Below, piece after piece: positions 26,616 to 36,487 of a DNA stretch of 51,425 bases. The notes below the pieces were generated by a model, which saw only the letters and a program-made list of their open reading frames with translations, was not told the origin of the DNA and ran no database searches. The position numbers were made by a program, and so were the translations under genes. Every line of letters starts with the position of its first letter. Position 1 is the stretch's first letter. Source of the stretch: Nemertoderma westbladi (lineage: Eukaryota; Animalia; Xenacoelomorpha); contig JAUCBJ010000290.1 in the NCBI GenBank assembly GCA_032718475.1, positions 1 to 51,425 on the forward strand, written 5' to 3'.

Positions 26616-29600
26616 ATGAGTCGGTCAGGTGACACGACACCGACGCGGACCCCGGACGAAGAGCTAACGATCCGCGAGGCCGCAACCAGGCGATACAGGC
26701 CCACAACGCCGGACCCATCGGTAACGGGTCATCCGGCAGTTCAGGACGAGGGGGGCCTGGAACCCGAGGTCGAACCGAGAGAAAGAGAGAGCGAGACGGA
26801 GGGAGACGGAGACGAGTCGACACGGGACGGGGGTCGACGCACCGGTGTCGCCGGCCAGCCACAGGCCGAGGGCGACGAGCGGCCCGCCGAAACGGCGACG
26901 GTGGGGCCGACGGTGCGGCCCCGGACGCAGAGAGACGAAGGAGATATCGGTACCGATGTCGCCGGCCAGCCACAGGCCGAGGGCGACGGACGGCCCGCCG
27001 GAACGGCGACGGTGGGGCCGCCGGTACGACGTCGGACCCGGAGAGACGGAAGAAAGATCGGCGACGAGGACGTCGGGGTTTCTGATCGACTCCGACGGGC
27101 CTACAACGCGACCCAAAGACTACTAAAGGACGCTAAGAAGGAAGGGGCGAAGATAGACGAGGTGAGACTGAGGAAACGACTAGGTGAGTCGGATATACAC
27201 TTTAATTACCTAATGCGTTTTGGGCAGAGAGAACTAGCCGAGGAGAGAGCAAAAGGGGTTGCCAGCGAACTGTTTGAACTATGGGAATGTGGGAGTATGG
27301 AACCTAGCGTAGCGTCAGTGTACATAGGGCCATACTTGGTCGATGCCCGGGGAGTAAAATTAGTGGGTTAGAACAGACCTGAGGAGGGCGAATCCGAGGC
27401 TGACCCCGCGGATTCGGTCTCGTCGGTCGGAGGGAGTTCCGGGAGGAGGGGGAAAGCTAGTAGATCGGGAAGGCGGAGGGAATCCTCCACAACCGATAAG
27501 TCTGCTACATCCTCCGCGAAAGAAAGACGGGTGAGAGAGATAGACGCTAGGTACCGTCTCAATCCAGCAGTGCAAGGTAATAGAGAAGTAGGTAGACGGT
27601 TAGAGGAAGGGAGAGTGCTGCTGGAGAGGGAAATGGCATCGATTGGAGAGATAAGAGAGAGGGCCGAAAGGGCCGTGAGGAGCCTTAGGGAGTATGATGA
27701 AATAGAGTTGAAGGAACAAGAAGAGCGTGTGGCGAGAGAGAAAAGCGATCGCGAGAAGCGTGAAGCGAAGGAGGAAAGTGAACGCGAGAAGCGTGAAGCG
27801 AAGGAGGAAAGTGAACGCAGAGAGCGTGAAGCGAGGGAGGAGAGTGAGCGTAGAGCGCGTGAGGCGAGGCGAAGGGAGGGGATTAGGAGAGAGATGGAAT
27901 TGGCCAAGCAGACCGAACGGGAGGCTATGGATAAAATAGCAAAAGTGGAGCGTGAGCGAAGAGAATTGGAGAAACAGCGAGACAAACTCGTAGAGTATGA
28001 AGCTGTACACGCGCGTGAGGTGGAACTGGCGCAGTTGGGGGAGTCTGAGAGTGAGGCTGGCTCGAGTATTTTTGAGGAGCCGGGGGCCGTGGATACATTT
28101 ATTAATACCCCACTTACAGGGACCGCACGACAGACCCAAAACTGGTGTGACCGTACGGGCGGGGGGGGGGGGGGGGGGGGTAATAATGATAATGGTACAG
28201 TAGACGTGGTTAATATTAATAGTACCGTATGGGACAATTCTAATCAAACCTTTATTGCAGGAAATACTTTACCTAGTGGTAGTAATTTAAATTTAAATCA
28301 GAACATTCCTAATATTAATGTAGAAAATAATTCTAATATTAATGTAGCTACGCAAAATAATCCAATTAATCAAAGTAATAACCCAAATTCGAACTTACAA
28401 AATAATTTAAGTAATGCAATAACACAAAATAATCCAAATAACTTAAATAATTCAGCGAGCCCGAATTTACAAAATAATTCAGATAGTGTAGTCGCGCAAG
28501 ATAATTCAAATGATTTTATTTCGAACGAACAAATTAATTCCGTTTCCAATACGGGTGCTATTAATGTAAACACGTCGGGCGTGTATGGCCAGACAGACGA
28601 GGGCCTGGTAGGCCACGTAGTTGGTAGGCAGGAAATAGCTGGGTTAGGTAGACCCGGCGAGGGCCTGGTAGGCCACGTAGTTGGTAGGCAGGAAATAGCT
28701 GGGTTAGGTAGACCCGGCGAGGGCCTGGTAGGCCACGTAGTTGGTAGGCAGGAAATAGCTGGGTTAGGTAGACCCGGCGAGGGCCTGGTAGGCCACGTAG
28801 TTGGTAGGCAGGGAGTAGCTGGGTTAGGTAGACCCAGCGAGGGCCTGGTAGGCCACATAGTTGGTAGGCAGGGAGTAGAGGGCCTGGTAGGCCACGCAAT
28901 AGCAGAGGGAGAGGCGGGGGTAAATAGACCCGACCGCGGTAGGGTTGATGTGTCGATTGGAGAGGGATATAGTAGCGGGGTGAGGAGTAGCGAGGTTAGA
29001 TGTGGCGAGTGGGGGGGGGGGGGGGGGGGCTACGAGAACCCCACAACAGCGAGTTAGCGGCGAAAGGGGGGGGGGCAGAGAGTGTCCCACAGCCGTCAGC
29101 GGATAATGCGCGGGCCGAAATAGGTAAACCGCAACAACCGGCGACGGAAAGCAATAGGGGGATTGCGAGTATCCCCAGCGGCGTGCGACCGAGCAGAGAG
29201 AGACAGGTTGACGTCGTAAGAGGGCGGACGAAGCGTCGAGCCCGATCAGAAGAGGGAAGAAGAACAGTGGGGTTTAACCGGGAGGTCGACGAGAGATCTC
29301 ACGAGCGGGAACACTCCACTGAAAGGAGAAGAAGAGAAGACAGTAGTAGAGGTATCGCCGCGAATGATAGAAGAGCGAGGACGGATAGCGAGCCGTCGGT
29401 AGTTGAGATGAGAACGGAGAGTCAGTGGGGTCGGACTCCGGGAGATTGCCGTCGCCCCGGAGAGATGCGACCTGGCGAGGCGCACTACGCGCCGATGGAG
29501 GGGTACGCGATGTACCGGTACGAAGACGAGAACAGTAGAGGGGGGGGTCGAAGAGAAACTTTCCGACGGAATACACCTATCGATCGAGAATACGGTAGCC

Positions 29601-32600
29601 GCGGGGAGGATTATTCGAGAAGAATAAACTTCGATCCCGAGCGACACATGCAGACTGTAGGACGTACTGTAGGCCTTACTGCACATACCATAGGCCATAC
29701 TGAGAGAGGCAATGTAGGCGATAGGATAGCGTGGACAACGGGATTAAACCCGGAAGTCGCGGAATACATACCGGCGAGTAGGCCAGAAGCTGATAGGCCT
29801 ATACCGGTACCAGTACAGCAGTATGACTACAGCATGCAGGGACATAACATATACCCAGGGGAGGGGGGAATTATTGCGGATAGGTGTATGGGCCCCAACA
29901 TATTAACATCAACCCCAGTACCAAACATACCGGTGGGGGGGGGGGACAGGGTGACATTCCCCCATCACAATATCAACAATATACCCCGATAGGGGCAAGA
30001 ACAACGAGACCCTTGGATGAGAATAGGTCGTGTGATACAGACATATGGAGGGGGCCGCTACCCCCGATGACATACCCAAGTCAGAGAAAGTCAAGAAATA
30101 GGATGGACGGAACGCACCAGACAGGAGAAACTATGCACCACCCATCGAATCCATTGGAAGCGCAGGCGATGGGGATGGCCACGTTGATCGATGCGTTGAA
30201 AACGAGGATCGAGTTACCACCCGTGGAACCATTCAAATTCGATGGGAGCAGGCCGGAAGAATATCTACAGTTTCAGCGCATGTATAGTAACGAAATACTA
30301 ACAAAGAACTTGACGCAGGCGGAGTGCCTAAAGTATCTGCAAGTGTACACGGGAGGCCCAGCATACGACATCGTGAGGCAATATCAAGGAATAGAGGGCG
30401 GCTTCACGACAGCATGGCGGGCACTGGATAGGGAATACGGGCACCCGGCCAAGATCATCAGGCAGACGCTGAGAGGCATAACATCGGGTGGCCTACAGGA
30501 TAATCCCGTTAGCATTAAGACGTTCGCTAACAAAGTCGAAAAGGCGCTAATCGTGCTGAAGACGCTAGACGCGCCGTACGAGCTCAATGCGTCCAACAAC
30601 ATCACCACGATAGCGCAGGCACTACCAAACTGGCTGCGCAACAAGTGGAGGAAAATCGCCTTCTCCACTCGAGATAAGAAGGGTGCGGAACCGGGTTTAG
30701 AAGAAATGTCAAATTTCTTAAACTACGAGGCTGAACTAATAACTGACCCAGTCTATAGCGAAGACAGCCTGGGAAAGGGACCGAAGACAGATTACCATAG
30801 ACCGAAGCCAGAGCACAATACATCAAACGCATTACCGAGGCTCAGGCAATCATTGCCATATGCAGCGATGCAGGGGACTGCAAGTCCACAGCTAGCCGAA
30901 GATGAGACAACACCATGGAACGGACAGGGGAACAATAACAGCACGAATAAACATAACCCCAGTACGTCCAGTAGGCTGAATCCAAACAATAAGAATAGTA
31001 GGGACTTTAGTACGAACGCAACTGCGATACGCAATGCGCTGTATAAAGAGGGCTACGACCCAAAGAGCAAATGCCAGCTACACGCAAATGCGCTTCATCA
31101 AACCATGAACTGCAGGTACTGGCAGGCGCTACCTAGGCAAGATCAGATAGATTATGCGTTGAGCAATAATATCTGCTCGCGATGTGTAATGAGTGGACAT
31201 AGAGCAAGGGAGTGCAAGGAGAAGCCGATAAAATTTGGTCAGAGAAGAGGCCAAACGATGGCGACGAGCACAGTAGGAGCGAAGAAGAGAGGAACGGTGC
31301 TACTTGGAGTAGTACCGTTGAGAGTGATTGGGGAAGGCAATCGATCAGTAACAACGCTAATGCTGGTTGATAGTGGAGCTGCCTTCACATTAGTCGAGGA
31401 ATGGGTGGCCGAAGAGATAGGATTGAGAACGAGGCCAAGCAGAATGGCGGTAACAACCATCTCTAGCAAAGATGAGATCCTGGAGATGAGAACAGGACGG
31501 TGCGCAATTGCAGCAGTGGCACCAGGATGCGACTATGGGGCAACCATCGACCCCATCCAAGTGATAGAGTCAATTAATATCAATGCCAGGCGGCCAACCA
31601 ACATCGAGGTCGAGCAGTATAAGTTCCTGGACGACATTGACTTCTCAATCCCAGACGTGGACGTTAGGAAGGTATCCATCATAGTAGGTATGGACTGCCC
31701 AACGGCCCACGAAAGAATGCAAACGGTCTTCGGCGAAGACAAGCAGAGTGACCCGGTGGCCATATTAACACCATTCGGGTGGACGCTGAGTGGTCCAATC
31801 AAGAGCAAGATACCATTTAGGATGTCGGAGACATCAGGATGCATGTTCGCGGGAACAATGCAGGAAATGGGTGACGAGGGAGCAGAGGAGCAGCTCAAAA
31901 GACTGCTCAGACAAGATTTCGAGGGACTAAAAGAAACCGGGGTCGGGACCTCGGTAGAAGACAAGCAGGCTTTACAAAGCGTGGAGGAATCGATGACATG
32001 CAATGAGGGGCGGTATACTATAGGAATGGTATGGAAACTACCGAAGATACCGTTGCCCGACAATAGGGGGATGGTACTCACGAGACTCCGCAAGCTGAAA
32101 CAAACACTAAAACGGAGCCCCGAGAAGAATGAGTACATCCACAGGATGATTAAGAAGTACGTCGAGAAAGGATGGGCCGTGGAGTTACCGGTCGACGAGC
32201 CGAACACGGATAGAACATATTACCTGCCACTGCACGTGGCTTTAGATCCAAAGAAAGGTAAACTAAGGATGGTAGTCGACGCATCGGCAAAGACCGATGG
32301 AAAGTGCTTAAACGACTACCTGTTAGAAGGCCCAAACATATACAATTCGGGCATAGAGGTGTTACTTAGATTTAGAAATGGGAAACACGCCTTCACGTGT
32401 GACATAGAAGGCATGTTCAACCAAGTCCGTGTAACGGAAGAAGATAGCGACAGTCAACGCTTCTTATGGTATAACGGCGAGGAAGAACCGTCGATAATAC
32501 CGGCATATAAGATGGTGGTACAGAACATGGGGGCCAAGTTGTCTTCATTTACGACGACTATGGCAGTGAGAGACACAGTAAAGGGGAAGGAAGATAGATA

Positions 32601-35282
32601 CAGCAGTAGGGCCGTCGATATGATTCGACGCGGCTTCTACGTAGACGACGGAATGGAGTCTGGAAATACGGTTAAGGAGATACTGGATACAGGGCGCGAG
32701 GTTCGCGACTTCCTAAAGGGATCCGGCTTTAACCTGACCAAATTCCAATCCAGTTCGGAAGAATTTATCAAAGCCATAGAGGACAGGAAACCAGAATCGA
32801 CCATGGATAATCCCACAACAGCCAAAGGGCAGGACATGGCGATAAAGAGAACAGAATCTCAACAGAAGGCATTGGGAATCGTGTGGAACAGGGAGACAGA
32901 CGAACTGAAGTATCAGCTGAGCCAGGAGGGCGCAGACATCCACACGAAAAGGGGCTATGTATCGTATATAGCAAGGATATACGATCCCCTAGGCCTAGCA
33001 TCCCCATTATTAGTCACGGGGAAACAGATACTCAAGAGAGTATACAAACTGAAGGATGAGTGGGACGTAGAGGTACCAGAGGAAATCAAGAAACAGTGGA
33101 GCAAGTGGACAGGAAACTTGGAGAAGATGGGAACATACAACATGCCACGGGTGTATTTCCCGGATGGAAACATGACGAATCTGGACCTGCACATGTTCTC
33201 CGACGCATCGTTGGAAGCGTACAGAGCGGCACTCTACTTAGTACAACGAGAGGGGGCTCATAAGCCAAGACTAGCCTTTAGTAAAGCAAAGTCAACGCCA
33301 CCAGATTCAGCATCAGTTCCCAAGTTAGAATTGACAGCTGCGAGACTAGGAGTAAGAGCCACAGCCTACCTAGTGGATACTATTCCCAACATAGTGGAGA
33401 CACACTACTGGACGGACTCCATGGTAGTGCTTGGTTGGCTACATAACGAAAGGACGAGATACCCGATATTCGTCGCGAATAGAGTGGACGAAATAAGGGC
33501 GAGCACAGAACTGGAAAGGTGGCACTACTGCCCAACAGACGAGAACCCAGCGGACTTGCTGTCGAGGGGCGTGGAACGCCACACTTTCCTGAAGAAGGAA
33601 GTATTGTGGCAACATGGGCCACAATTTCTGAGCGATAGGGAGGCCTGGCCGCCGATGAGGAAGGTGGACCCGGGCTCGGAAGTAGTATCAGAAGGAGAAG
33701 AGGGAGATTCAGAGGGAGAAGAGATATACTCCCAGATGGTGAGGGAGATTAGGGACGTGCAACCAGGACGGGAACTGTGCGATAACCCGACGGATAAACT
33801 CCTCAGCTACAGTTCTAGTTGGTATAAGACCAAGAAACTAGTGGCGTACTGGAGAGCCTTCGGGAATTTCCTTGCGGGAGTCGGCAAGGACAAGAAGATC
33901 AGGACAACCATAGATCTGGAAGGAGCGGCCAAGGCAGTGATCCGCTATGAACAACGGAAGAACTACGGTAACCAACAGCACCTCCGACGGGACAGCGAGC
34001 TGATTACGCTGTCGCCACAACTCAATGACGACGGGATTCTAGTAATGAATTCTAGGGTGGGATACAACAACAGCATAGTCGTACCACCGAAACCCATCAT
34101 CATTCCTACAGGATCGCCAATAGTCCACCAGATCATATGGGACTCCCACAAATCGATATTACATGGGGGCACCAACCGAACCCTCACAGAGATAAGGAGG
34201 ACCTATTGGGTCAAACAACTGAGGAAGAAGGTAAAAGCGGTAGTGGGGCAGTGCCAGACCTGCCGACGAGCGAAGAAGGAGCGAGCCGTACAGGAGATGG
34301 CGCCACTACCGGCGAATAGGGTAAGACAGCACGACCCGCCATTTACGCATTGCGGTGTGGACATGTTCGGGCCGATAAAGATCAAAGTGATGCGACGCAC
34401 GGAGAAACGCTACGGCATTATCTTCGTATGCAACAATACGCGGGCGGTAGGGATAGAACTCGCCCAAGATGCAACCGCATCAGCGTTCATTAACGCCTTA
34501 GAAAGGTTTAGGGACCGCAAAGGTGGGACGATCGCAGTGATATAGCGACAACGGCACCAACTTTGTGGGCGCAGAGAGTGAGATGGCAGAGGCCTTGGAC
34601 ATCTTAGAGGGAGAAGAAGTCAGGGCAGCCATGAGGAGACGACAAGTAAAGTGGGAGAGAAGGACGCCGTATGCACCACATACACTAGGATGCGTCGAGA
34701 GACTGGTGGGCAGTTCAAAGCGTCTAATGACGAAGCTAATGAACACCCACATGGTCACTGAGGACGTCTTACGTACAGTACTTGCGAAGTGCGAGGGGAT
34801 CATTAATAGCAGACCGCTATATCCGGAGAATGATGACCCTGAGTCACTAGACGTGCTAACGCCTAGCCATTTCCTAATGGAAAGGCCAGCGACCATCGAT
34901 ATGCGGGGTGTAGACCCAGATGACATACACTCCCGCCAAAGTTGGAAAGTCGCTAAAGCAATAAGCGCTTAAGTTGCAATAAGCTGCAATAAGCAATAAG
35001 TATTGGAGGAGGTGGGTCGAGGAATACCTACCCACTCTCCATAAACGAAGCAAGTGGAGGAAGTCAAACAGGGAGTTAAGAGAGGGAGATCTCGTAATCG
35101 TTACGGATGATACTATCATCAACAACCAATGGCGGTTGGCGAGAGTTGTAGGCACCTACTCCGACGAGGACGGAAGAGTCCGATCGGTAGAAGTGCGGAT
35201 AGGTGGAAAGATAGGTGCGAAGGACAGAAAAACCTACAGGAGAGCTGTAGGCAAATGCTGTCTATTAGAAGGGGCACCTTAG
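26616..35282 (+). CDS. gag-pol: Inner gag-pol polyprotein, interrupted (about 2880 codons if repaired)
   Basis: 26616-27371 and 27531-29057 are in one frame split by a single TAG. Frame changes fall at G runs (~29011-29029, ~29935-29945). 29884-34545 has Gag (LPPVEPFKFDG; CSRCVMSGHRAREC), protease LVDSGA, RT YVDD, RNase H FSDAS/PKLEL/WTDS/NPAD and integrase HHCC plus GVDMFGP. There is a frameshift at (Y)SDNGTNF (~34545) and a 28-bp insertion at 34967-34994. The tail YWRRWVEEYLPTL...DEDGRVRSV ends at TAG 35282. Confidence 0.93.
28598..28900 (+). repeat. 60-bp in-frame tandem repeat in the gag N-terminal extension
   Basis: EGLVGHVVGRQEIAGLGRPG x4 plus partial copies; the first three copies are identical in DNA. 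Confidence 0.95.
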
Positions 35283-35399
35283 CAGAGTTAGAGAAAAGTT
35301 TAGTCGTCCAAGTTTTGGACTGAGGGGGGTGGGATTGAGGGCGAGACGCCCTTCCCACAAACTAAATAATAATAAAAAAAAAAAAAAAAAATAGTACAT

Positions 35400-36005
35400 G
35401 GTAGGTACGCAGTTAGTAGGCAGAGAGTTAGTAAGAAGGTACGTAGTACCTAGTTAGTTAGTTAGTTAGGAGGTACGTAGTACCGCCAGTTAGAGAATTA
35501 GTTAGAGGGTACGTAAGTACCGTTAGTTAGTTAGTTAGTTAGGAGGTACGTAGTACCGCCAGCTAGAGAGTTAGTTAGAGGGTACGTAAGTACCGTTAGT
35601 TAGTCAGTTAGTTAGGAGATACGTAGTACCGCCAGTTAGAGAGTTAGTTAGAGGGTACGTAAGTACCGTTAGTTAGTCAGAGAGTTAGAGGGTACGTAGT
35701 ACCGCTAGTTAGTTAGAGTTAGAGGGTACGTAGTACCGATAGTTAGTTAGAGAGTTAGAGGGTACGTAGTACCGCTAGTTAGTTAGAGTTAGAGGGTACG
35801 TAGTACCGATAGTTAGTTAGAGAGTTAGAGGGTACGTAGTACCAATAGTTAGTTAGAGAGTTAGAGGGTATGTAGTACCGATAGTTAGTTAGAGAGTTAG
35901 AGGGTACGTAGTACCGATAGTCAGTTAGAGAGTTAAACGGTACGTAAGTACCGTTAGTTAGAAGAGTTAGAGTTAGAGGGTACATAGTACCGTTAGTTAG
36001 AAGAG
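35400..36005. repeat. Minisatellite between pol and the extra ORF
   Basis: Units of ~30-40 bp built from (gtta)n and gagggtacgtagtaccg, about 15 copies. Confidence 0.9.
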
Positions 36006-36487
36006 AGAGAGTAAGAGGTAAAAGGGGATATAGATATAGGTATTAGTTAGCAGTTAGTAGAGAGATGGGGGCATATGAGTACAGCTGGATAAATCGTGTG
36101 GCCACACGACGCATACTGCTGTACTGCATGGACCCACAGAGTAGGCCAGAATGTGGATTAGAGAATAGAATAATCCATAGGCAGTAGTAAGTAGTAGGAC
36201 AGTAGAATCAAAGTAAATGGATAAATAAATAGAATAGGGCTGAAAGTTGTAAAATAGTGGCAACACAAGGGAAGTTATTCTAGAACATAATAAAAGTAAC
36301 GGACAGAAATTGTAAATTACGTTCATTTACTAGCTTCAAAATTAATTAGGAATAATTTAGGTTAAAGGGCGCAGTTAAGTAGGAAATAGGCCATTATCGA
36401 ACTGTACAGAACATCCTAGATACATCACTCATCTGTATTGCGCCTTGGTAAGGCACCACCTTGCAGGTGAGCGAGTGAACGTTCGGA

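Noticed and set aside
27368-28247. 289-aa and 215-aa minus-strand ORFs
   Set aside because: Antisense shadows of the purine-rich coiled-coil region of gag.
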